This document shows positions 13,805-25,794 of a stretch of DNA of 64,000 nt, in pieces (position 1 is the first letter of the stretch; each line of letters begins with the position of its first letter). The stretch covers positions 10,103,962 to 10,167,961 of the forward strand of contig CAVNZM010000007.1 of assembly GCA_963693365.1 (NCBI GenBank), in the 5' to 3' direction. Source of the DNA: Amoebidium appalachense. Lineage: Eukaryota; Protista; Ichthyosporea. A program made the position numbers and the translations under genes. The notes under the pieces are model-generated. The model was not told the origin of the DNA. It worked only from the letters and a program-made list of their open reading frames with translations, and made no database searches.

Positions 13805-15127
13805 GCTGAATCGCTTGTGTGCTTAAACGAATTGCTGGTATGTACTAGTCCACTAAGACCGTCTGCTATTGACCTTTGGTAAGTTTCGTGTTTGAACCTT
13901 GGCCCGGTTATTTTGTCACAAGGATTCTTTCCGGCAAACACGGCAAATAATGAAGACGGTCAATGCGGCTATGAGCCTTCCTGTTTCCGGTATTCTCAGC
14001 CTAAGTTAGCTGCCTAACTGAACATTAGTAAAACAACGAAGAGCTTGAGAGAGTGTTTTTGCCAGACCAGAAGTTACAAACTACACACTACGGTCACATC
14101 ATCAGACTCGGCGTTCTATGATGTTCACCGTTGGTACTGTTGGTGCCCTTTTTGGGGTCATACAGTGACTCATACTCAACATGATCGCATCTTTTTGGTT
14201 TTGGCTTGTCTTCTGATTGGGCGCCCCTCTTATGCATAATCAATCTGATTTATGAGTCATCAAGAAGTGTCACCAGCGGAATGCAAAAGGCAGAAATGAT
14301 TCCATTTAAACAGGAATTGTCCTACTCCCCATAAATGAATAGCAACAACAAAAAAGAAGTATCAAGTGCCTGCTATTTTCATATAGAAATTATATAGAGC
14401 TCAGTTTTAATGGACATAAATGTGTCGGAAAGACCGGCTTTTTATTTTATTCTAATTATCATCAGATTATAAAGTTTCATAACCGCCGGAAGTATTTTTC
14501 AAAGAATGTGCAAGAGGTTACTCTGATTGGTGTTTTGTTAGAAAGCCTGGTGATTGGTTCAAATGGTATCATCCAAAAGCGTTTTGGTTCGTAGCCATCG
14601 AACCAGCGCAGGGTTTGAATCAGAATTCTAAAGCCCTGTGCTCAAACTGACTTGCAACTTCTCACTGCCGCCTCGAGCTCAGCCTCAGCTGCCAGGTGCA
14701 GGTGGCACATGATCAAACAACTTCTTGTACAGCCGCTAGCTATAGGGCACGCTCCACGGAACCACGCGCCTGTTCTACACGCACTGTTCATCAGAAAGGT
14801 AAGGTATCTGGAGTGCAGCCTCTTATACAGTAGTAGCTACAGCTCCCCTCTCAGGCAGCTCGTAGTAAAGTTTTTCAAGGAGGTGAACGAAAAGCAGGGC
14901 AGCACTGATCGTCTTGTCGTGTATACTACATGTACTTAATAAGCTTACGAGAGTACTTACGTACGTACTTCCAGATCTAGAGGGCAAAGAAAGTCGACGT
15001 CAGAACGTGCCAGGCCTGCGCGTGTGTACAGCTAACCATGGCAATAATTCCTGTTACTTCGTTCTCCCCCCCCCCCCCCCCCCCCCCCCCCCCCACCGCC
15101 ACCGCGGCGCCAGGGCCTTGGCAAAAG

Positions 15128-15159
<32 letters not shown>

Positions 15160-15207
15160 CCCCCCCCCCCCCCCCCCTCTCTCCCACCCACCCTCCCTCC
15201 CTCCCTC

Positions 15208-15274
<67 letters not shown>

Positions 15275-15330
15275 GAGTCTCTCTCTCTGCTCTCTGTCTC
15301 TGTTTCTCGACTCTTTCTCTGCCTCTCTCG

Positions 15331-15387
<57 letters not shown>

Positions 15388-15409
15388 TGTTTGTGTGTGT
15401 GTGTCTGTT

Positions 15410-16117
15410 TGTTATTTTGTGTGGGTAAACGGAGAAGCAGAGAGCACAGATGGGTGTTATGTAAAACACAACACAAAGACACACGGGAAAAACACAACCG
15501 GAGAGGAGGAACGATTTCTGGAACCATAGGAAGTGAATACGACTGCTTGTGATTTATTTCAAGATGAGGTCCCTTTTATACTTGGGAATGTGAAACGATA
15601 AACCAATCAAAAGAATGAAAACTATGAGTGTAAAATATATCGAATAAAATGTCTGTCGACATTTAGAATATAAAACTCAATCCTCTAATGAAAGAAACTT
15701 CTAATAAAAGCACGGAAACATTTAATAAAATGAAACCACTTATGTAACTATTAATTCATAACATATATTTATACATGTTCTTATCATAACACGTCTAAAT
15801 ATAATTTTTCCTAATAGTTGAAGAACATAGCACAATGCTACGTCGTGGGAAAGGAATGAGAAAGGAATGTAAGTTACTATATTTGGGAAAATACAAACGA
15901 GATATGATTGGATGACATATATAGATTTTGACGCAAACGACAATACGTGTGCGCGAGCTAAGTATGTCGATACGTACACAGATCTAAGATGTCGTGTACA
16001 CGGAAACGGAAAAGAAAGAAAGAAATGAAGAAAGGAAAAGGAAACAAACTACAACAACTAATAAATAAATACCAAACTCAACTTCTAAGTCTTGCTGAGA
16101 ATTAAGTGAAGATGACA
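15410..16117 (-). repeat. Copia 3' LTR
   Basis: Direct repeat of 21790-22497, preceded on the minus strand by a polypurine tract. Confidence 0.95.
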
Positions 16118-16598
16118 TCCCCACTCAAGGGTTGGAAGTTGGGTTCTCGTGAAGTTTGTTGATGTGACTGTTGATGTTAAGACTTTCACACATGTAGAAG
16201 TAGGTGCCGTGAAGTCACAGTCAAGTTTCCCCACTCGAGAAGACAATGGAGAAGACTTGAAGGTGCAAGCCGGGGAAGAAAACCAAAACGGAAGAAGCAC
16301 ACAACGACGGTTGCCTCTGAAGACTCGGAAGATGACGGTAGCCAATGACGTGATATATAAATATATATAGAAGAAACAACTAGTGTATGTGTGACGTGTT
16401 GGTGGCTAATGATAAATACATTATATATATGGTGGTATATAAATAAACGACGGATGGTGGAGAAGAAATCCCCACTGAAGATGCACACACTGAAGATCGA
16501 TGAAGACAGCAGTAGACTTTCGTTGGGAGGTGTCTCTACACGGTGATGTGTAGACCACTGGCCAGGGCCCCAACCTACTTGAAGACCACTGTAGATGA

Positions 16599-16645
<47 letters not shown>

Positions 16646-16646
16646 C

Positions 16647-17992
16647 TTAGTCATGAAGACTGAGTGAATCACGGTGTTGCTCGTGGGAGGGCCCGGGCAG
16701 GGGCTTGGTGAAGATGTCAGCCACGTTGTCTTTGCTGGACACGTAGGTGACGACCACATCCCCACTCTTGATGTAGTCCTTCGTGTTGTGGTAACGGACT
16801 GCAATGTGTTTGGTCCGGTGCTTGATGCTGTTGGTGTGCAGGAGGGCAATGGTGGACTGGTTGTCACAGTAGACGGGGGTGGGGTCGGTCATCGGGTAGC
16901 CGAGTTCACGGAGGAGATCACGGTGCCAGATGACGTTTTGAACAGCAGCATTGATGGCCAGAAGCTCAGCCTCGGTGGTGGATGTTGCCGTGATGGACTG
17001 CAGCTTCGAATACCATGTGATGGGTATGCCCTTGAAGAAGATGACGTATCCGGTGGTTGAACGACGGGTGTTGGGGCAGTTGGCAAAGTCAGCATCAGAA
17101 TAACACTCCAGCAAGGGGGTGTTGTCGTCGGAAGCAGACTTGTCGTAGTGAAGGCCGAGGTTGGAAGTGCCGATGAGGTACCGAACTACACGGAGTAGAC
17201 ATTCCCATGCAAGTTTGGTGGGGTGGGCACTGAATCTACCGAGGTAGCCGATGGCAAGGAGGGCACGGACGGAGGAGGACATCACCACGGGGGAAGAGGT
17301 GTCACCGTAGTCAACACCGTAGACTTGAGTGAAGCCCTTTGCAACACCACGAGCTTTGATCTTGGTGTCACCGGCTGAGTTGAGGACTTTCTCAGTCACA
17401 ATCCACTTGAACTTGATGATGTTGGCACCAGGGGGGGGATCAACAATGGTGAAGACATCCTTGGTGATGAAGGCTTGGTACTCGGAGGTGAGGGCAGCTA
17501 TGACGGCATCACCGTTGGGACCGTTGCAAAGCTTTTGAATTCCCTTGGGGAGCTGGTCAATGTTGATGGTCGGTGCTACGATGCTGACCAGTGCCGTTGG
17601 AGTCTTGGTGAGACGTGTAGACCGACGAAGGTTGGGCTTGGGGGGGTCCTTGAGGGGGGTGGTGGCCGGGTAGGTGGTGGAGGCCGGGATAGGGGCATGG
17701 AAGCCAGGAATAGGACCGGTGGTGAGGGGGGCATCGGTGTCCACAGGGCTGCTCGTGGCCGAGTGGAAGGTGGGGGACCCAGGACGAACCGGAGTCATGT
17801 AGCCGGGTTGATGCACAGCAACGGGGGGGGCCGGCAGCAAGGGTTGTTGGCCAGTGGGGGGGGGGCTCGGGGGAGGCACGGGTTCAACCGGGGCTGGTTG
17901 GTTGTGCCAGGACGGTTGGGAGATAACCACAGACGGAGTTTCATCGTCGTCGTCGGAGGGGGGGTCCAATGTCGGCAGATCGGGTTTGGGGG
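16647..17992 (-). pseudogene. pol: Copia pol 3' part: Pro-rich linker, RT N-terminus fused in frame to RT C-terminus, RNase H
   Basis: KWIVTEK..KARGVAKGFTQVYGVDY..SPV..LLAI joins directly to GYLGRFSAHPT, with no D(V)xxAFL or YVDD motifs. RNase H motifs YSDADFA, RRSTTGY, STTEAE, YCDNQS, RTKHI, ADIFTKPL are present. Confidence 0.93.
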
Positions 17993-18076
17993 GAACGTGT
18001 TGGAAGATGGTATCGTTATCCAGTCCGATCGCATGAATCAGATCATGATTGGCTGGTGGCCTGCGAGATCTTAACC

Positions 18077-18149
18077 GATCTCGTAGCTCAGTTGGTAGAG
18101 CACTCGACCGGAGATAGAGGGGTCGCGGGTTCAAATCCCGTCGGGATCA
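18077..18149 (+). tRNA. tRNA-like gene, 73 nt, anticodon GGA, short variable loop (atypical; may be tRNA-derived rather than functional)
   Basis: Acceptor GATCTCG/CGGGATC; D arm GCTC-AGTTGGTA-GAGC; anticodon arm CTCGA-CCGGAGA-TAGAG (one mismatch, C33); variable GGGTC; T arm GCGGG-TTCAAAT-CCCGT; discriminator A. A and B boxes are intact and a TTTTT terminator follows at 18152-18156. Confidence 0.8.
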
Positions 18150-18534
18150 TCTTTTTCTCATCCTCTTCTCGCTGGGGTAAAAGCCAGCACGCCTTTACTG
18201 GCGTCATCACAACCATCGGCAGTGGTTAGGTTGTGATCTCAAGGCTAGCAAGATCGCTAGGTTGGAGTGCAGACTTACGCTCACTCCACAATATGTGTAT
18301 GTTAGCTTTACAATTGGTTCCGTGTACACAGACACACGCTGACACTCGATCACCACATGCACATCTGCATAGTTGAGGAATGTTGCCAATTGTGTTTTGA
18401 CTGCAAACGATTGGTTCACTGGTCCCAGAGATCTCTAAATGAAAGTAACCAATCCGATTAGCGCCTGGCATCCGGATTACATTCCAGACTGCTGCCCCAC
18501 GGGTATATAAACCACGGCTCTGCCAGGTGCAGAA

Positions 18535-18607
18535 ATGGAGTTCAGTCATGGAGTTCAGTCATGGAGTTCAGTCATGGAGTTCAGTCATGGAGTTCAGTCA
18601 TGGAGTT
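18535..18607 (+). repeat. 13-bp tandem repeat ATGGAGTTCAGTC x5.6 in the TRIM LTR (second copy 19185-19257)
   Basis: Seen directly; starts ~24 nt downstream of TATATAAA at 18504-18511. Confidence 0.95.
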
Positions 18608-19339
18608 AACACACTGAAAGCAGTAAAAAACGGGTCAGCGCCCAAGCGCGCCACGACGACCCTAGTCACAGCGGACTCTACTTCCAACAGGGTTATGGGC
18701 CCAGACACGACACCGCGGCCTCTAACTTCATTAGAGACTTTCGCTTCCACAAACTCCATCCGCAGCAGCCTGCGACATCAACGTCAAGTATTCCACTTCA
18801 TTGGCGGGGCACGCACCACAGTGGAATGCACACCCCGGTCTACCCTGCAAGCAGCCACACTCACTCTCTCTTCTCTAGTGGTGTGTACACTTCTCCAATT
18901 GGGTAGGGGTGTTGGAGTGCAGACTTACGCTCACTCCACAATATGTGTATGTTAGCTTTACAATTGGTTCCGTGTACACAGACACACGCTGACACTCGAT
19001 CACCACATGCACATCTGCATAGTTGAGGAATGTTGCCAATTGTGTTTTGACTGCAAACGATTGGTTCACTGGTCCCAGAGATCTCTAAATGAAAGTAACC
19101 AATCCGATTAGCGCCTGGCATCCGGATTACATTCCAGACTGCTGCCCCACGGGTATATAAACCACGGCTCTGCCAGGTGCAGAAATGGAGTTCAGTCATG
19201 GAGTTCAGTCATGGAGTTCAGTCATGGAGTTCAGTCATGGAGTTCAGTCATGGAGTTAACACACTGAAAGCAGTAAAAAACGGGTCAGCGCCCAAGCGCG
19301 CCACGACGACCCTAGTCACAGCGGACTCTACTTCCAACA

Positions 19340-21713
19340 GAACGGAGACCTGATTGGTGCTGCCCGTGAATTTCGACTCGTCGAAGATCACATCACGGCA
19401 GATCTTGATTTGGTTGCTGGCAAGGTCGAGGATCTTGTGTGCCTTGGAGGGTAGGTCCCAGCCGACGTAGGTGCCGACTCTGACGGTTGATGCCAGCTTG
19501 TTCCTCTTTGACCGGGGAACATGGACATAGGCAGGGGAGCCGAACACGTGGAGCTGGGAGACGTCGGGTTTGAAGCCGTGGAAGGCCTCGAAGGGAGTGT
19601 TGCCGTTGGCAGCAGATGACGGTGTGACGTTGATGATGTAGCTTGTATGCTTGAGAGCAGCAACCCACAACTTGGGAGAGAGAGGTTGGTCCTTGTCGGC
19701 ATGGAGGAAGCAACGGACTGTCTCTTGCAGTTCTCTCATCTTCCGTTCAACAACACCATTGTGTTGTGGTGTGTCGACGGGGGCAAACTCCATGATGATG
19801 CCTTTCTGCTTGCAGTAGGCCTCGGTGTCCTTGGAGGTGAACTCAGAGCCGGAGTCAAACCGAAGATGGGTGACGATCTCAGGTGTCTGACGTTCGATGG
19901 TTTCAACGAGAGACTGAATGTGGCTGAGGGTTTCACCACGGTTGTAAAGGGGGAACACGGTGGTGTAACCGGTGGCATCACAAACACACACCAGAGCAAC
20001 CTTGTAGCCTCCGTAGGAAGCACAGGGAGCTTCGAAGAAGTCCAGGTGCCACTTAGCACCGGGAATGGTGAACTTGGAACGGGTGCCGGGAAAGGGGGCC
20101 TTGGTGGTCTTGCCAGACATGCAGCCGAAGCAGTCACTGTTGTCGGGTGACTTGAGGGAGGGGGGCATGCCGATGACAAGCTCATCCTTGGCCATCCTGG
20201 TGACGGTGGAGAGGGCACGGTGGCCGAGACGGTTGTGCCAAAGGGTGAGGTCGTCGGGTGGGTGAGTCCTTGCTGTGTAGGCTTGGACCCCCGGGTGTTT
20301 AGGAGTCTCAATCACATAGTCAGTGATGTAGTAGAGACCGTCGAGGGGGGTGAGATCTGTAATAATGTCACCATTACGGCTGTAGAGGAACGACGGGTGG
20401 TTGTCTGTATCGTCACAATGACCTAGGAGGCCGGCAGCTGATGCCATGGAGGGAGACACGAGGAAAGACGGTGCCTCGGGTACGTAGTAAGCATTGATGC
20501 TGCACGGTGTTGGGTGGCCGTTGTAGTGCAGTGTCATGTTGATGATGCCACGTTGTTTGGCATTGACTGTGCCGAGGCCGTGAATGGGGGTGGGAGGACA
20601 CGGGGTAAGGGAGGAGAAATACTCCTTGATGGGGCAGATGTGTGCATTACAAGCACTGTCCCAGACGGGGTCGTTACTGTCAGGTGTGCCGGTGGAGGAG
20701 ATGAGTGCAAATTTCACACTCTTGTCACCTTTCTCCTGCTTGGCACGACGAGCAACTGTGCAGCCAGGCTCCGGGCATGCTGTGATGTGGTGGGGCTCAT
20801 GGCAGTAGGAACACTTCACACTGTTGGTGTTGTGTTGTCGGTTACGGTTGTCCCTGTTACCACGGTGGTAAGGGGAAGTTGAACGGGGGCCGGGTGACTT
20901 GGAGGGAGGACGAGGATCACGGGAACGGGACGGGGAACGGTGAGGTGTATGCTCACGTCGAGGAATACGGTTACGGAGGTCACCGGGGGGAAGCACTCTG
21001 CTCTGGAGTGCACGGAGGGGACGGGTGTTGACGGTTGCACCTGTGCCTGCGTCGATGAGGCCGGCACGGATTTCAGCTCCTCGGATGTCACTGATGAGCA
21101 TGTTGAAGGACGGGTAGGCCTTGTTGTTCATCCAGTAGTCGGAGCAGAGACGTTCAATGTCGGGGCAGACCAGGGCTGTGTTCTTCCGGATGTGGAGGAA
21201 GAACTTACGTACGACATCCTTGTGCTGGACGGGTTCGTCGAGGCAGGCAAGTGTCGTAGCCAGACGTTGGAGACGGGTGAGGTATGCTGTGACGTTGGGG
21301 TAGTCTCGTAGTTCAAGCTCCTCGAAGGTGACTTGAATCTGGGTGACTCGGGCCTCCTTCCCTGCTACATACGCCATACGTAGGTTGTGGAAGACTTCAC
21401 CACCGTGGACACCGTCTTGCATCCGGCCGGAGTCGTAGAGCTCGGTCGGGTGGACGGACTGGTTGAGGATCTGGTCGAGGACGTCGGAAGCTTTCTTGTA
21501 GGAGTCCTTGGTGGTGTAGCCTAGCCACTGGTTGGCTTCAGCGCCGTCAACCCACTGTGGCCTCTTGATAGCGTCAACGAATTTCTCGGCAATGGTGGTT
21601 CTAATGAACCGGTGAATGAGTGGCTCCCACTCGAAATAATTAAGACGTTTCTCGTCTCGTTTCTCGGACGGATTCCATATTGGAAGGTTGATATACGACG
21701 GTTTGTCAGTCAT
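19340..21713 (-). CDS. gag-pol: Copia Gag-protease-integrase part of the polyprotein (interrupted at 19339 by the nested element)
   Basis: Zn knuckle CSYCHEPHHITAC; protease WDSACNAHIC; HHCC region LWHNRLGH..CFGC; integrase HLDFF/RFDSGSEF/PQHNGVVERKMR; C-terminal GTYVGW..RDVIFDE. Confidence 0.95.
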
Positions 21714-21789
21714 GATTGAAGCAGTAAGACTGAGAGATTTTCGCGGTTGTAGCGAGATTGTGTGTTAGCGTGCAAAGGGGCCGTAAACC

Positions 21790-22497
21790 TGTTATTTTGT
21801 GTGGGTAAACGGAGAAGCAGAGAGCACAGATGGGTGTTATGTAAAACACAACACAAAGACACACGGGAAAAACACAACCGGAGAGGAGGAACGATTTCTG
21901 GAACCATAGGAAGTGAATACGACTGCTTGTGATTTATTTCAAGATGAGGTCCCTTTTATACTTGGGAATGTGAAACGATAAACCAATCAAAAGAATGAAA
22001 ACTATGAGTGTAAAATATATCGAATAAAATGTCTGTCGACATTTAGAATATAAAACTCAATCCTCTAATGAAAGAAACTTCTAATAAAAGCACGGAAACA
22101 TTTAATAAAATGAAACCACTTATGTAACTATTAATTCATAACATATATTTATACATGTTCTTATCATAACACGTCTAAATATAATTTTTCCTAATAGTTG
22201 AAGAACATAGCACAATGCTACGTCGTGGGAAAGGAATGAGAAAGGAATGTAAGTTACTATATTTGGGAAAATACAAACGAGATATGATTGGATGACATAT
22301 ATAGATTTTGACGCAAACGACAATACGTGTGCGCGAGCTAAGTATGTCGATACGTACACAGATCTAAGATGTCGTGTACACGGAAACGGAAAAGAAAGAA
22401 AGAAATGAAGAAAGGAAAAGGAAACAAACTACAACAACTAATAAATAAATACCAAACTCAACTTCTAAGTCTTGCTGAGAATTAAGTGAAGATGACA
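21790..22497 (-). repeat. Copia 5' LTR
   Basis: Direct repeat of 15410-16117, followed on the minus strand by PBS-like GGTTTACGGCCCC. Confidence 0.95.
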
Positions 22498-22535
22498 CTG
22501 TTTGTGTGTGTGTGTGTGTATGTGTGTCACACGGT

Positions 22536-22573
<38 letters not shown>

Positions 22574-22599
22574 CTCACTCACGCCCTCCCCCCCCTCAT

Positions 22600-22671
<72 letters not shown>

Positions 22672-22794
22672 TCTCTCTCCCCCCCTCCCTCCCCATCTCC
22701 CTCTCCCTTTCTCTCTCTCTCTCCCTTCCCCCCCAGCCTCTCTCTCTCGCCCTCAGAGTCTCTCTCTCTCTCTCTCTCTCAGGTACAGATCTCT

Positions 22795-22861
<67 letters not shown>

Positions 22862-22864
<3 letters not shown>

Positions 22865-23107
22865 CACACAAAGTCTGCCTCGAGCTCCTTCCCATGTGTA
22901 GCAGCCAAAGACTGCAGCAGCGTCCTCTCCTCCCCAAACCTATTCTGCTCGTAGAGGCTATCTGCCTGCGCGTCCGCAGAGAGTGAAAACATATTCAAGG
23001 GAACAATGTCAAGCAAACAAAGGTGGGTGAGGCTGACACGGAGTCACAAACAAGATGATATCGCAGACTGCCAGCCACTCTCTTACCTCGCTGTATACGT
23101 CCGCCAT
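22862..23107 (-). pseudogene. Duplicated RMDN1 exon 1 and truncated exon 2
   Basis: 23107-23087 encodes MADVYSE|GT. 22965-22862 encodes [35 protein letters not shown] (6-bp insertion), then runs into (GA)n with no donor. Confidence 0.85.
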
Positions 23108-24369
23108 GCTGAATCGCTTGTGTGTTTAAACGAATTGCTGGTGTGTACTACAATGGTCCACTAAGACCGTCTGCTATTGACCTTTGGTAAGCCTTTCGTG
23201 TTTGAACTTTGGCCCGGTTATTTTGTCACAATGATTCTTTCCGGCAAACACGGCATATAATGAAGACGGTCAATGCGGCTATGAGCCTTCCGGTTTCCGG
23301 TATTCTCAGCCTAAGTTAGCTGCCTAACTGAACTTTAGTAAAACAACGAAGAGCTTGAGAGAGTGTTTTTGCCAGACCAGAAGTTACAAACTACACACTA
23401 CTGTCACATCACCAGACTCGGCGTGGCCATGGCCACGCCGTTGTTCAAAAGTTTACTATGTTCACTGTTGGTGCCCATTTTGTGGTCATACTCATCATGA
23501 TCGCATCTTTTTGGTCTTGGCTTGTCTTCTGATTGGGCGCCCCTCTTATGCATAATCAATCTGACTTATGAGCCATCAAGAAGTGTCACCAGCGGAATGC
23601 AAAAGGCAGAAATGATTCCATTTAAACAGAAATTGTCCTACTCCCCATAAATGCATAGCAACAACAAAAAAGAAGTATGAAGTGCCTGCTATTTTCATAT
23701 AGACCTTATATAGAGCTCAGTTTTAGTGAACATAAATGTGTCGGAAAGACCGGCTTTTTATTTTATTCTAATTATCATCAGATTATAAAGTTTCATAACC
23801 GCCGGAAGTATTTTTCAAAGAATGTGCGAGAGTTACTCTGATTGGTTTTTTGTTAGAAAGCCTGGTGATTGGTTCAAATGGTATCATCCAATCCAAAAGC
23901 GTTTTGGACTTTTGGTTCGTATCGAACAAGCACAGGGTTTGAATCAGAATTCTAAGCCCTGTGCTCAAACTGTGCAACTCAGTCTCACTGCCGCCTCGAG
24001 CTCAGCCTCAGCTGCAGGTGGCACATGACCATACAACTTCTTGTACAGCCGCTAGCTATAGGGCACGCTCCACGGGACCACGCGCCTGTTCTACACGCAC
24101 TGTTCATCAGAAAGGTAAGGTATCTGGAGTGCAGCCTCTTATACAGTCGTAGCTACAGCTCCCCTCTCAGGCAGCACGTAGTAAAGTTTTTCAAGGAGGT
24201 GAACGAAAAGCAGGGCAGCACTGATCGTCTTGTCGTGTATACTACATGTGCTTACGAGAGTACTTACGTACGTACATCCAGATCTAGAGGGCAAAGAAAG
24301 TCGACGTCAGAACGTGCCAGGCCTGCGCGTGTGTACAGCTAACCATGGCAATAATTCCACTAGTACTTC

Positions 24370-24407
<38 letters not shown>

Positions 24408-24455
24408 ACCACCACCACCACCACCACCGCCGCGGCGCCAGGGCCTTGGCAAAAG

Positions 24456-24528
<73 letters not shown>

Positions 24529-24560
24529 TCTCTGTCTCTGTTTCTCGACTCTTTCTCTGC

Positions 24561-24600
<40 letters not shown>

Positions 24601-24717
24601 TTGTGTGTGTGTGTGTCTGTTTGTGTGTGTGTGTGTATGTGTGTCACACGGTGTGTATGTGTGTGTGTCTGTGTGTGTGTGTGTGTGTCTCACTCACGCC
24701 CTCTCTCTCCCTCATGT

Positions 24718-24791
<74 letters not shown>

Positions 24792-25572
24792 CCCCCTCCC
24801 CCGTCTCCCTCTCCCTTTCTCTCTCTCTCTCCCTTCCTGTTGTTTTGTACGGGTCTAAGGGAGCAGACTGCACAGAGGTGTCAGGTAAAACACGACTAAC
24901 ACAATAAAGAGAGGGCAATCGGAGTTGTTCACGACACATTGAAAGATTTCAAACAACAACTGATCCTTTATTGTGCTCTCGGTTCCTTTTGTACTTGCAA
25001 CTTATCATCTTATCTCAACTAAAGGGGGAGAACCAATCGGTTCTATCAGATGATAGAAAAACACATTCCGACAGAGCATACGCATTCCAACTTCCGACCT
25101 AACTAAAGCTTAGAAACTCTTACTTAAATAACTTAAATAATTATACATCTTGTCACTATTAATACACATATATATTTATACTCGTCTCTATAAAGAAACT
25201 CATTTAAATACATATATTTCCTGATAGTCGACACTCTCAAAGTGAAGACACATTACGATAAACCGAATTCCATATATATCTATTGTGTCCAATCATGACA
25301 CGTATATTAATAGACAGGAATGCACAACACGATCTATAGATAACATGTACTCGCTCGCGACTATTGGCGAGTCATCTTATTGTGAACTAAAACTAAATCT
25401 CTTTGAAATAAAACAAAGACAATGAATGTAGCTAGCCAATCACGCTACCTCTCAGATAAACAGAGGAGAGCAAACACAAATAAAATACAATAAGTTCTAT
25501 CAGGCAAGAGAGCCAGGTGTGCACAGATCTACAGATATCTGTGCACACAGAAACAAGGGAGAGAGAGAGATA

Positions 25573-25659
<87 letters not shown>

Positions 25660-25750
25660 AAGAAAAGAGAAAAGGGAGAGAGCACAAAAAAGGAAAGCAG
25701 ACACGAATACAAACAAAGCTAAAATACATACCTACCACCTACTGAGGCGG

Positions 25751-25794
<44 letters not shown>

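Larger units (their letters stand above)
17998..19339 (+). mobile_element. Non-autonomous LTR retroelement (TRIM-like, 1342 bp) with a tRNA-like gene in its 5' LTR, inserted antisense into Copia pol
   Basis: Ends TGTTGGAAG...CTTCCAACA (9-bp perfect IR). TSD GAACG at 17993-17997 and 19340-19344. 5' LTR 17998-18689, 3' LTR 18910-19339 (18261-18689 repeats as 18911-19339). PBS GGGTTATGGGCCCAG at 18690-18704, PPT GGGTAGGGG at 18901-18909, 220-bp non-coding interior. Excising it restores the host frame (..STNQVSV|PPKPDL..). Confidence 0.93.
15410..22497 (-). mobile_element. Ty1/Copia LTR retrotransposon (7088 bp), RT-deleted, with a nested LTR element
   Basis: 708-bp LTRs at 15410-16117 and 21790-22497 (TG..CA; no differences seen by eye). 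5-bp TSD CTGTT (15405-15409, 22498-22502). PBS at 21777-21789, PPT TTGAGTGGGGA next to 16117. Domain order Gag-PR-IN-RT-RH. Confidence 0.97.

Noticed and set aside
18077-18149. Embedded tRNA as self-primer for the Copia or the TRIM
   Set aside because: Neither its 3' end nor its anticodon arm is complementary to GGTTTACGGCCCC or GGTTATGGGCCCAG.
18535-18607. 13-bp array (and the 62-bp array at ~2015-2225) as a CRISPR-like locus
   Set aside because: Head-to-tail repeats with no unique spacers and no cas genes, in a eukaryotic context.
16647-21713. Two separate Copia ORFs needing a frameshift or readthrough (821 aa and 495 aa)
   Set aside because: The break comes from the nested 17998-19339 insertion; removing it and one TSD gives a single frame. 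The N-terminus of the 495-aa ORF is antisense tRNA/LTR sequence.
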